Of a stretch of DNA of 64,000 nt, positions 1-8,889 are shown piece after piece; position 1 is the stretch's first letter, and each line of letters opens with the position of its first letter. A model generated the notes under the pieces. It saw only the letters and a list, made by a program, of their open reading frames with translations, was not told the DNA's origin and did not search any database. Location of the stretch: the IMG/VR virus record IMGVR_UViG_3300006920_000039. One strand, given 5' to 3'. This DNA comes from an uncultured virus (IMG/VR IMGVR_UViG_3300006920_000039). Lineage: Duplodnaviria; Heunggongvirae; Uroviricota; Caudoviricetes; Schitoviridae. Position numbers and translations under genes: made by a program.

Positions 1-31
1 AGAAGCGGGCCTTCATAAAGAGTAAACTGTA

Positions 32-241
32 ATGGTCGCAATCATCCAAAGCATCCTCGGGTTTATCTCGTCGCTATTCGGAGCACGAAAGCCCGAGCCA
101 ATAACATCGGCAACGAAGATCGGCAATATTGACCACATCACGAAGTGGGAAGGTTACCGTGGGGAGGCCTACAAGCCCACCAAAGAAGACAGAACAATCG
201 GAGCGGCGCATGGAAGTGTGCCGAGCCTGCCCCTCGTTTGA
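32..241 (+). pseudogene. Truncated N-terminal fragment of a phage lysozyme (GH24-like)
   Basis: Hydrophobic N-terminus followed by ITKWEGYRGEAYKPTKEDRTIG, resembling the EG-x-R-x-x-AY...TIG lysozyme start; ends after 69 aa. Confidence 0.5.
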
Positions 242-341
242 AGCAGTTTCGACGAAGTGTGCAGACTGCGGATGCTACCTGCCTCTCAAAACTGTGGCCC
301 CCTTCCTGAGTTGCCCCCAAGGGAAATGGGAAGACATCTAA
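190..341 (+). pseudogene. C-terminal part of a small Cys-rich protein (DUF6171-like), no clear start
   Basis: RRMEVCRACP...KCADCGCYLPLKT...SCPQGKW pattern in the frame of ORF 129..341. Confidence 0.5.
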
Positions 342-410
342 GACCTGAATTCAGGCCCTACATTCACGACATACTTCAGATTTCGGCTGGGCCGAAGGCA
401 GGGCTAACAC

Positions 411-656
411 ATGGAACTTATTAAAGATTACTGGGCTATTTTTGCGGGAACGATCGGCTTTGTTATCTGGTTGGCTCGGCTGGAATCCGGGATGATCGGT
501 AACAGGAAAGACATCAATCGCATGGAAGCTCAACGTAAAGAGGACGTACAGCACGCTGATCGTCAGCGGGACAAGATGGACGACAACCTCAAGGAAATGC
601 GCACTGACATAAAGCAGGTCCTGATCATCTTGAGCACCAAAGAGAACCAGCACTGA
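411..656 (+). CDS. Single-TM plus coiled-coil membrane protein, holin/antiholin-like
   Basis: N-terminal TM (YWAIFAGTIGFVIWLA) and charged tail; upstream of endolysin. Confidence 0.6.
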   Translation: MELIKDYWAIFAGTIGFVIWLARLESGMIGNRKDINRMEAQRKEDVQHADRQRDKMDDNLKEMRTDIKQVLIILSTKENQH

Positions 657-907
657 TGTCGGTTTCCCAGGAAAAAGAACAACGCGGAAAGCGCAAAGCA
701 GCAAACTGCATCCTGGTCATCTGGGTTGGCGTTTCTGTTCTGGTTCTGCTGGGAATTTTGCGGGGCTCGCTCGGTGAGCTAGAGCTCGAAGCGCTCGTCT
801 TGTTTTACAAGATCATCACCCTTTTCACCGGAACAACAGCGCTTGGCCTTTACGGGCTGGATGCCACTGGGATGCAAATCATCCCTGCGATGAAAGGTGG
901 CAAATGA
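656..907 (+). CDS. Two-TM membrane protein, putative holin
   Basis: Two hydrophobic segments; stop/start overlaps with both neighbours in the lysis cassette. Confidence 0.55.
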   Translation: MSVSQEKEQRGKRKAANCILVIWVGVSVLVLLGILRGSLGELELEALVLFYKIITLFTGTTALGLYGLDATGMQIIPAMKGGK

Positions 908-1122
908 TCAAAGCGCACAAAGACTGGAAGAAGGTGCTCACCAAGTCATGGTCCGTTCGGTTCATGGTTCTGGCGGCCATTCTTTCAGGGCTGGAGGTGG
1001 CACTGCCGTACCTCCCCTTGAACATCCATCCAGGCATCTTCGGAGTTCTGGTTCTCTTCACATCGGCAGGAGCTTTCGCAGCCAGGCTGATCGCACAGAA
1101 AGAATTCGTAGATGATAAGTAA
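904..1122 (+). CDS. Putative holin
   Basis: WKKVLTKSWSVRF followed by two TM segments; overlaps the endolysin start. Confidence 0.65.
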   Translation: MIKAHKDWKKVLTKSWSVRFMVLAAILSGLEVALPYLPLNIHPGIFGVLVLFTSAGAFAARLIAQKEFVDDK

Positions 1123-1630
1123 TTGGCTCAGGGCAGTGTTCAAACGCCGCCCCATGAAAAGACCTATAGCGACCATTGCAGCCGCCACAGCGATAACTGT
1201 TGCACTGCCCCTGGTGATGGTCAGCGAGGGACTGAGGACAGATGCGTACCTCGACCCAGTTGGCATTCCCACAATCTGCTTCGGGGAAACCCTCGGTGTG
1301 GAGCTGGGTCAGAGCAAAAGCAAAGCGGAATGCACGCAGATGCTGGCGCCCCGTCTTGAGGGCTTTCTCAAACAAATGAGGTCCTGCACCAAAGGGGACA
1401 TGCCAGTGAAAACTGAGGCTGCGTTCCTGTCGTTCACCTACAACTTGGGTCCCGGAATATATTGCCGGAATATTGCTTTAAAGCGCTGGAACATGGGCAA
1501 GAAGGTTCAGGCCTGTGAGGCAATGATGCTCTACACCAAAGCTGGCCGGCCGCTCCGAGTTCTACCCGGACTCGTAACTCGTCGATTGGAAGAGAGAGAT
1601 CTCTGCCTCGATGGACTTAGAGGGACATGA
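1112..1630 (+). CDS. Endolysin, GH24 lysozyme with SAR-like N-terminus
   Basis: Catalytic E-x8-D-x5-T (SEGLRTDAYLDPVGIPTIC), AFLSFTYNLG, GLVTRRLEERDLC; Ala-rich weak TM before the catalytic Glu. Confidence 0.9.
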   Translation: MISNWLRAVFKRRPMKRPIATIAAATAITVALPLVMVSEGLRTDAYLDPVGIPTICFGETLGVELGQSKSKAECTQMLAPRLEGFLKQMRSCTKGDMPVKTEAAFLSFTYNLGPGIYCRNIALKRWNMGKKVQACEAMMLYTKAGRPLRVLPGLVTRRLEERDLCLDGLRGT

Positions 1631-1634
1631 AGAA

Positions 1635-1961
1635 ATGTTTTCAACTATTAAGCTCTACTTGGGCATCGCGCTCATCAGTTTTGCCCTGGCTGCAACAGCA
1701 GTGGCAACGGTTCAGACGGTTCGCTTGGATAACGAGAGGAAAATATCTAGTGATCTTGAACAGACATTGGTAGATATTAAAGCAGCGATCATATTGACGG
1801 AACAGCTCGTAACAGATAATGCGACTCTTACGCAGGAACGAGATGATCTTAGAAAAGAGCTTCAGAATGCGGACGGCTACAACACACCTCTGTCTGGCGA
1901 TATTATTCGTGTCATTGACCGCCTGCACGGCGAAGCCGGAACCCCTATCGGGGCTCCCTAA
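1635..1961 (+). CDS. Inner-membrane spanin (Rz-like)
   Basis: N-terminal TM then coiled coil; follows the endolysin; ATG at 1635. Confidence 0.75.
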   Translation: MFSTIKLYLGIALISFALAATAVATVQTVRLDNERKISSDLEQTLVDIKAAIILTEQLVTDNATLTQERDDLRKELQNADGYNTPLSGDIIRVIDRLHGEAGTPIGAP

Positions 1962-2127
1962 TAGCGTTTTCGAGACAGAGCCAGAATTCTCAGGGCCGAT
2001 ACGCAATGTCGGCCAACTGACCGGAGCCTACGTGGAGAACACGATTGCGCTTCGAAAAGCTAACAACCGGATCACAACAGTTTGCATTGCGGCAGGCCGA
2101 TGCGAGGAAAATCCAAGCGATGTATGA
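1867..2127 (+). CDS. Outer-membrane lipoprotein spanin (Rz1-like)
   Basis: Signal peptide with lipobox LTA-C; overlaps the 3' end of the i-spanin in another frame. Confidence 0.8.
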   Translation: MRTATTHLCLAILFVSLTACTAKPEPLSGLPNSVFETEPEFSGPIRNVGQLTGAYVENTIALRKANNRITTVCIAAGRCEENPSDV

Positions 2128-4288
2128 TGATGATGAAACCGGCGTGCCAGGTGAGACGAAACTAACAGAATGGGAAAAAGAGCCCACTGTTATGGATCTG
2201 AAGAATGACTTGGAAGCATCGAAGCCTGCCCAAGACGCACACACTTTAAAGGTGCGGCAGTGGAATGATCTCCGAAACGTTACAGGAAGTGCGAAGCCGA
2301 AGACCAAGAAGGGTCGGTCGGAAGTCCAACCCAAGCTGGTGCGCCGTCAAGCTGAGTGGCGGTATTCAGCGTTGTCCGAGCCATTCCTGTCGAGCGAGAA
2401 GATGTACGATCTCGACGGTGTGACCTTTGAAGATGAGGCCTCCGCGAAACAGAACGAAATTGTCATTAACTGGCAGTTCCGCACGAAGCTGAACAAAGTT
2501 GCTTTCATTGACGAATATGTCCGAACTGCAGTGGATGAGGGTACTGTCGTTGTACGCCTCGGGTGGCAGCGTGAGACAAAGATGGTCGAAGTTGATGTGC
2601 CCATCTTCCAGTATGTCGAGCTGCAGACAGAAGACCAGCAGACAGAGCTGCAAGAAGCGATCGTTTTCAAGGATGTGAACCCCCGGGAATACCTGAATCT
2701 CCCTGAGGAAATCCGAGCCGCTGTTGATTATTACGCCGAAACACAAGTCCCCACTGTGGCTGTGATCATCGGCACCGAGAAAGTCCAAGAAGAAGAGATT
2801 CTTGTCAACAAGCCAACGGCTGAGATGGTCAATATTGAGAACTTCTTTCTCGACCCATCTTGCAACAGCGACGTGGACAAAGCGAACTTTGCGGTCATCA
2901 GTTTTGAGACCTCTAAAGCAGAGCTTCTGAAGGACGGTCGCTACAAGAACCTGAAGAAGGTGAACTGGAGCGGGAACTCACCCCTGGCTCAGCCAGACCA
3001 CGACACAGAGACCCCGAATGATTTCAACTTCAATGACGATCTGCGCAAACGGGTTGTCGCCTACGAATACTGGGGCTTTTACGATGTGAACGGGGATGAT
3101 GTTCTGGTTCCAATCGTGGCCACTTGGATTGGCGAGACGATGGTCCGGATGGAAGAGAACCCATTCCCGGATCAAAAGATCCCCTTTGTTGTGGTTCCAT
3201 ACCTACCGGTCAAACGTCAGGTCATGGGTGAACCTGATGCTGAGATCTTGGAAGATAACCAGAAGATCCTCGGCGCTGTGACACGGGGTATGATCGATCT
3301 TATGGGTCGTTCTGCCAATTCCCAGCAGGGCATGGCAAAAGGCTTCCTAGATACGACAAACCGCAGACGGTTTGAATCGGGTCAGGACTACGAGTTCAAC
3401 CCAGGCAACGGCAACCCAGATCAATCAATTCATCAGCACAAATACCCAGAGATCCCCAATTCAGCTCTGACGATGCTCAGCATCCAGAACAATGAAGCAG
3501 AGGCCATCTCAGGCGTGAAGAGCTACTCTGGGGGCATCTCAGGAGAGGCCTATGGGGAAGTCGCTGCAGGGATCAAAGGCGTGCTGGACGCTTCCTCGAA
3601 GCGGGAGATGAACATCCTGCGGCGTCTGGCCAAAGGCATTCAGCAAATCGGTGTGAAAATCATCTCGATGAACGGTGTGTTCCTGTCTGAAGAAGAAACG
3701 ATCCGGGTCACAAATGGAGCGTATGTGACGATCAAGCGGGAAGATCTCAAAGGTAACTTTGATCTGATCGTGGACATATCCACTGCTGAAGTCGACGAAG
3801 CGAAGTCCCAGGACCTTGGATTCATGCTGCAGACTATGGGCCCGAACATGGACCCAGAAATGTCGAAGATGATCTTGGCTGATATCGCCACGCTCAAGCG
3901 TATGCCTGCATTGGCCCAAAAGATAATGGCCTACACTCCAGAGCCTGATCCAGTCGAAGAAAAGATGAAAGAGCTGACCATCGCTAAGCTGGAAGCCGAC
4001 ATCGAAGAGATCAAAGCACAAGTACAGCTGAAGCGTGCTCAGGCTGCCAAAGCCCAAGCAGAAGCTGACCGGACTGACCTCGATTATGTCGAGCAGGAGA
4101 CGGGGACTGCGCATCAGAGAGATCTGCAAAAGCAGTCCGAACAAGCAAGATCAAACCAGGACCTGGCCGTCACAAAAGGCCTCCTGGCACAGAACGATCC
4201 GGCGAAAAGTGATCCGGATGTAGAAGCGGCCGTTGGATACAACGCGCTGACTGATGCCAACGCCAGCAACACTGGCGGCGCTCTCTAA
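2120..4288 (+). CDS. Portal protein (N4 gp59-like)
   Basis: KGRSEVQPKLVRRQAEWRYSALSEPFL and ILGAVTRGMIDLMGRSANSQQG are characteristic of N4-like portals; likely start ATG 2120. Confidence 0.92.
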   Translation: MYDDDETGVPGETKLTEWEKEPTVMDLKNDLEASKPAQDAHTLKVRQWNDLRNVTGSAKPKTKKGRSEVQPKLVRRQAEWRYSALSEPFLSSEKMYDLDGVTFEDEASAKQNEIVINWQFRTKLNKVAFIDEYVRTAVDEGTVVVRLGWQRETKMVEVDVPIFQYVELQTEDQQTELQEAIVFKDVNPREYLNLPEEIRAAVDYYAETQVPTVAVIIGTEKVQEEEILVNKPTAEMVNIENFFLDPSCNSDVDKANFAVISFETSKAELLKDGRYKNLKKVNWSGNSPLAQPDHDTETPNDFNFNDDLRKRVVAYEYWGFYDVNGDDVLVPIVATWIGETMVRMEENPFPDQKIPFVVVPYLPVKRQVMGEPDAEILEDNQKILGAVTRGMIDLMGRSANSQQGMAKGFLDTTNRRRFESGQDYEFNPGNGNPDQSIHQHKYPEIPNSALTMLSIQNNEAEAISGVKSYSGGISGEAYGEVAAGIKGVLDASSKREMNILRRLAKGIQQIGVKIISMNGVFLSEEETIRVTNGAYVTIKREDLKGNFDLIVDISTAEVDEAKSQDLGFMLQTMGPNMDPEMSKMILADIATLKRMPALAQKIMAYTPEPDPVEEKMKELTIAKLEADIEEIKAQVQLKRAQAAKAQAEADRTDLDYVEQETGTAHQRDLQKQSEQARSNQDLAVTKGLLAQNDPAKSDPDVEAAVGYNALTDANASNTGGAL

Positions 4289-4340
4289 AATCAAGGGTAA
4301 CTGGCAAGCCAGCCCCGCAAAGAAAGATCTGAGGAAACAC

Positions 4341-4682
4341 ATGTCTCAGCACGAAATCGAAGAGATTGAAGTTACGATCGATGAGGCCCGCAAGCTCGTC
4401 GAGAAAGGTGATATGGCCCTGAAACTGGCCGGCAACCGTGAATTCAAAAAGCTCGTCCTCGACGGCTATTTTGTAACCGAGGCAGCACGTCTGGCAATGC
4501 TTTCCTCAGAGCCCACACTTCCCGAAAATATCCGAGATGTAGTGATGCGTGACATCCACGGATTGGGGGGCTTCAAGCGGTATCTCAGCACACTCGTTCA
4601 ACGCGCTGACATGGCCCGTCGTGAGATCGAAGACTCCGAGGAAGTTCTGGAAGAGCTCCGTGAAGAGGGAGATGACGAATGA
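4341..4682 (+). CDS. N4 gp58-like protein
   Basis: LAGNREFKKLVLDGYF motif; between portal and gp57-like gene; GAGG RBS before 4341. Confidence 0.75.
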   Translation: MSQHEIEEIEVTIDEARKLVEKGDMALKLAGNREFKKLVLDGYFVTEAARLAMLSSEPTLPENIRDVVMRDIHGLGGFKRYLSTLVQRADMARREIEDSEEVLEELREEGDDE

Positions 4683-5908
4683 ACAAGCCCCTCACCGAAG
4701 ATGAAATGCTCAACATGTCTGATGACGAGTTCATGAGCATGGAATCTCATGTGCCGGAACCTGAGGCTGCTCCCGTAGTCGAAGAGGCAGCGGCGGTCGT
4801 TGAAGAAGAATCCGCGGTTGCTGCGGAAGAAGTGGTGGTTGCTGATGATGATGTTCCTGGATCACCTCCGGAGGAGCCTGTCGTCGATGAACCCAATCCT
4901 CTGGCTACTTCTGACGATGCCAAGTCAGGCGCCGAAGATCCAATGGCAGATGAACCTGCAGCTGATGCAAAGCCAGCCGAAGGGGGCAAAGCTAACAAGG
5001 ATGATCCTAAGGCCGAAGGTGCTGACGACCCCGAGAAAGATCCAAAAGAAGCTGCGGTAGAGACCGTCGCAGAAGCTATAGATTTCGAGGCCAGCTACAA
5101 AAAGATGATGTCTTTCAAGGCGAATGGCAAAGAGGTCTCGCTGAAATCCCCTGAAGAAGCTGTAAAGCTAATGCAGATGGGAGCTAACTATACGAAGAAA
5201 CTTCAGGCTTTGCAGCCGAATCTTAAGCTGCTAAAGATGCTGGAGAACAACGGACTACTAGACGAGGGCAAGCTAACTTATCTAATCGATATAGATAAGA
5301 AGAACCCTGCAGCGATCCAGAAGCTAATCCGGGAAAGCGGCGTTGATCCACTTGAGATCGATACATCCGTAGAACCAGATTACAAGCCTGGTAATCACCA
5401 AGTTTCGGATGAAGAGATAAGATTCAATTCCACGCTGGAGGAAGTTGCTTCCGACCCAGTGGGCAAACAGATGATTGTCGACATCAACCGGACATGGGAT
5501 GCGCAAAGCAAAGAGCTTCTTTGGTCCGATCCAGATGTGCTTCGTGTCATGACCGAGCAGAAGACAAATGGTCTTTATGACCAGATTCATTCTGAAGTCG
5601 AGCGACGCAAGATGCTGGGGCAACTCAGCAATACTCCTTTCCTTCACGCCTACAAATCTGTTGGCGAAGAGATGCACGCAAGTGGCGCGTTGAGCCAAAC
5701 CCAACCGGCAGCTGAAGTGGTCACACCCCAGCCAAGTCGCGTAGTGGAGACTCGCCCCGCACAGCGGAAACCGGTGGCCAATAACGCACAGGCCCGAGCT
5801 GCATCAACTCCTAAAGCCGCGGCGAAGAAAGTCGTGGCAGACTTTAATCCCCTCTCCATGTCGGATGAGGATTTCGAGAAAAACGCGGAGCTCGCAAGGC
5901 GAGTCTGA
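4679..5908 (+). CDS. N4 gp57-like protein (scaffold/tape-measure-like)
   Basis: Acidic N-terminus, FKANGKEV...LMQMGANYTKK motif; upstream of the capsid gene. Confidence 0.8.
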   Translation: MNKPLTEDEMLNMSDDEFMSMESHVPEPEAAPVVEEAAAVVEEESAVAAEEVVVADDDVPGSPPEEPVVDEPNPLATSDDAKSGAEDPMADEPAADAKPAEGGKANKDDPKAEGADDPEKDPKEAAVETVAEAIDFEASYKKMMSFKANGKEVSLKSPEEAVKLMQMGANYTKKLQALQPNLKLLKMLENNGLLDEGKLTYLIDIDKKNPAAIQKLIRESGVDPLEIDTSVEPDYKPGNHQVSDEEIRFNSTLEEVASDPVGKQMIVDINRTWDAQSKELLWSDPDVLRVMTEQKTNGLYDQIHSEVERRKMLGQLSNTPFLHAYKSVGEEMHASGALSQTQPAAEVVTPQPSRVVETRPAQRKPVANNAQARAASTPKAAAKKVVADFNPLSMSDEDFEKNAELARRV

Positions 5909-5930
5909 CGCACACACAGGAAGATAAACC

Positions 5931-7340
5931 ATGCAACAGTATAATGATCCAGCCGGGGGCTCGCCATCTAACATCGGCTCTCAGATGGAAGTTTTCGCCT
6001 GGCACAAGAAGGCCATCATCGACGCTAAAAAAGAGATGTATTTCACACCTCTTGCCGACGTGATGTCCATGCCAAAGCACTATGGCAAAGAGATGAAGGT
6101 GTATCAGTACATCCCACTCTTGGACGACCGCAACATCAACGATCAGGGTATCGACGCTGCTGGCGCCACGATCCTGAGCACTGAGTTCTTCGTAAGCTTC
6201 GACGATGTTGCTTATGAGTTCGCTGTTGAAGGCGACGCAGACGCAACTGTTGCTGCTGTCAATGCAATCGAAGCCGGCGTTGCTGTCAAAACGGGCGCAG
6301 GTCCTTGGACTGTAACTATGTCCAAAGGCACGCTTGTCGCTGGTACGGGAATCGAGACTGCCGCTGTTGCGGATGAGCTTCCACTCGTTACCATCGCCCA
6401 AGGTTCCGGAAATCTATACGGTTCCTCGCGTGATGTAGGCACGATCACTGGTCGTATGCCAACACTCACCGAAGTCGGCGGCCGTGTTAACCGTGTGGGC
6501 TTCACACGTATCGAGCGTTCTGGTTCCCTGGTCAAAGTCGGTTTCTTCACCGAGTTCACCCAGGAAAGCTTTGACTTTGACTCCGACGCTGATCTCTACC
6601 AGCACATGTCGCGGGAATTGGTTACAGGTGCTACGCAGCTGACCGAAGCAACACTCCAGATTGACCTGTTGGTCGCAGCTGGTGTTACGCTCTTCGCAGG
6701 TGCCGCAACTGCAGACGTCGAGATCACTGCTGAAGGTGGAGCAACTGCTTCCATCGTTGACTATGACGACTTCATGCGCCTCAACACGATTTTGAATGAC
6801 AACCGGACTCCACGTCAGACCAAAGTCATCACTGGTTCGCGCATGATCGATACGAAGACGATCAACTCTGGTCGTGTGATGTATATCGGTTCCGAGTTGG
6901 AATCGACTGTCAAAGTCATGTTGGACCCATTCTCCAACGCAGCCTTTGTTCCTGTGAACCAGTACGCTGACGCAGGCACGCTTCTGAACGGCGAAATCGG
7001 AACCATCGATCAGTTCCGCATTGTTGTTGTTCCTGAGATGCTCAACTGGGCCGGCGCTGGTGCACCTGTTGGCGAAAACCCTGGCTACCGTGCCACGGGC
7101 GGTGCTTACGACGTGTTCCCAATGTTGGTTGTTGGTGGCGATAGCTTCACAACCATCGGTTTCCAGACTGACGGGAAGTCGACGAAGTTCAAGATCACCA
7201 CGAAGATGCCTGGTGAGAAGACTGCGGATCGCGCTGATCCATACGGCGAAATGGGCTTCAGCTCGATCAAATGGTACTACGGTACACTGATCAAGCGCCC
7301 TGAGCGCCTTGCTGTCATCAAGACAGTAGCTCGCAACTAA
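5931..7340 (+). CDS. Major capsid protein (N4 gp56-like)
   Basis: [55 protein letters not shown]. Confidence 0.95.
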   Translation: MQQYNDPAGGSPSNIGSQMEVFAWHKKAIIDAKKEMYFTPLADVMSMPKHYGKEMKVYQYIPLLDDRNINDQGIDAAGATILSTEFFVSFDDVAYEFAVEGDADATVAAVNAIEAGVAVKTGAGPWTVTMSKGTLVAGTGIETAAVADELPLVTIAQGSGNLYGSSRDVGTITGRMPTLTEVGGRVNRVGFTRIERSGSLVKVGFFTEFTQESFDFDSDADLYQHMSRELVTGATQLTEATLQIDLLVAAGVTLFAGAATADVEITAEGGATASIVDYDDFMRLNTILNDNRTPRQTKVITGSRMIDTKTINSGRVMYIGSELESTVKVMLDPFSNAAFVPVNQYADAGTLLNGEIGTIDQFRIVVVPEMLNWAGAGAPVGENPGYRATGGAYDVFPMLVVGGDSFTTIGFQTDGKSTKFKITTKMPGEKTADRADPYGEMGFSSIKWYYGTLIKRPERLAVIKTVARN

Positions 7341-7351
7341 GCGAACCCGGG

Positions 7352-7371
7352 GGAGGAGAGAAATCTCCTCC
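7352..7371 (+). terminator. Hairpin after the capsid gene, probable terminator or processing site
   Basis: GGAGGAGA-GAAA-TCTCCTCC 8-bp stem; only a weak T tract. Confidence 0.5.
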
Positions 7372-7409
7372 TCCAACCTCTTTCCCCAATTAAAATCTAG
7401 GAACTCGAA

Positions 7410-8012
7410 ATGAACGAGCAACCCACCGATATCATCGAAGCCCCTGAAGTAGACAACGCTGCACTGGAGCTTTCCCTTCTCCGTGAACGCGCAAAGGCAA
7501 TGGGGATCAGCATCCCTGGAAACATCGGGGTCACCTCCCTGAAGAAGAAAATCTCCGACCAGCTTGAAGGCGTGAAGCCCGAACCAGCACCGATTGTTAA
7601 AAACGTGAAGGTCCCAAAGACAGAAAAGCAACTCGAGCAGGAAGTACGCGTCTCGGTTACTCAAAAAGCGTTGAAGCTTGTGCGTTGCCGGATCTACAAC
7701 CTGAACCCCAGCAAGCGGGATTTGCAGGGTGAGATCATCACTGTGGGTAACAAGTATGTCGGAACTGTACGGAAGTTCATCCCGTTCGGTGAAATGACTG
7801 ACGGTGGATACCACATCCCCAACATCGTCTTCACGGAGCTGTCCAACCGGAAGTTCCAGCAAGTCGCAACCAAGCGTGTGAATGGCAATATCTCGATCAG
7901 CACACGCCTCGTCCCTGAGTACAACATCGAAGTCCTGCCGAACTTGACGGCGTCCGAGCTTGCAGAGCTGGCGCTGAACCAAGAAGCCGCCAAGCGCGTA
8001 AACGTGGAGTAA
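7410..8012 (+). CDS. N4 gp55-like protein
   Basis: LKLVRCRIYNLNPSKRDLQGEIITVGN...VRKFIPFG. Confidence 0.8.
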   Translation: MNEQPTDIIEAPEVDNAALELSLLRERAKAMGISIPGNIGVTSLKKKISDQLEGVKPEPAPIVKNVKVPKTEKQLEQEVRVSVTQKALKLVRCRIYNLNPSKRDLQGEIITVGNKYVGTVRKFIPFGEMTDGGYHIPNIVFTELSNRKFQQVATKRVNGNISISTRLVPEYNIEVLPNLTASELAELALNQEAAKRVNVE

Positions 8013-8018
8013 CCCCAA

Positions 8019-8855
8019 ATGACCGTTGAAGCAGAAGCACCAGATCTGGCCGAAGCCATTATGACCCAATTGGGTCAGGACTTCACTCTGCCAGCGGTTG
8101 ACCTTACGGGCGCCGAATTCCAACTTCCCTCTGATGTTGGAAATGCGCTTTATTCCGATATCGTAGCCCCGACCATTGCCACTCTCACAGAGGCCTTGGT
8201 CGGTGGGACAGGAACCTACGATGTCATTATGACCTCGAACCGGGTTCACCTGAAAGATCAATATGACAAGGGGCTGATCACCGGAGACCAATACACCAAG
8301 GCGTACATCGAGCTTTCTGCGTCCGCATTGGCAGCCGGTCTGCAGATGGTCCTGACTGGAGAGCAGAACCACTGGGCTGCTGTCATGGCTCAGTTGCAGG
8401 CACGACGTGCTGAGATCGAATCCGTCACTGCTGCTGTTGCTCTTGAGACTGCCAAAGCTCAGCTGGCCACTGCGAACCGCCAGGCTGAACTGATCAACGC
8501 ACAATACGTTCAGACCGTCATGCAGCTCCCAGAGCAGCAGATGAAGTACGAGCTGGCTCACGCACAGGTCCATCTTGTGGAGTACCAAGCGCTCGCTGCA
8601 CGTGGGCAGACTTACGATGTGCAGGAAGACGACTTCACACCGATCGTCGGCTCTGTGGGCAAGCAGCGAGAGCTCTACACCCAGCAGATCTCTTCCTACC
8701 AGCGAGACACTGAGCAGAAGGTTGCCAAGATGTACCTTGATGCCTGGATCACTGGAAAGACATTGGATGAAAATCTGGCGACACCAGCTGAACTGGTGAA
8801 CGCCGAGATCGATGGTGTGATCGCCAATCTCCGAACAGCTGCAGGTCTTGATTAA
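8019..8855 (+). CDS. Virion structural protein (N4 gp54-like)
   Basis: VGGTGTYDVIM...HLKDQYDKGLITGDQY and GSVGKQRELYTQQI motifs; synteny. Confidence 0.8.
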   Translation: MTVEAEAPDLAEAIMTQLGQDFTLPAVDLTGAEFQLPSDVGNALYSDIVAPTIATLTEALVGGTGTYDVIMTSNRVHLKDQYDKGLITGDQYTKAYIELSASALAAGLQMVLTGEQNHWAAVMAQLQARRAEIESVTAAVALETAKAQLATANRQAELINAQYVQTVMQLPEQQMKYELAHAQVHLVEYQALAARGQTYDVQEDDFTPIVGSVGKQRELYTQQISSYQRDTEQKVAKMYLDAWITGKTLDENLATPAELVNAEIDGVIANLRTAAGLD

Positions 8856-8889
8856 TAGGAGGGGGGGTCTGAGGACCCCCCAATAAAGT

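Noticed and set aside
7338..7410. Stop read-through fusing the capsid and gp55-like genes (same frame)
   Set aside because: A second in-frame stop (TAG) and a hairpin lie in the gap
6414..8588. 724-aa minus-strand ORF
   Set aside because: Antisense shadow of the capsid, gp55-like and gp54-like genes, which all share one frame; no recognisable motifs
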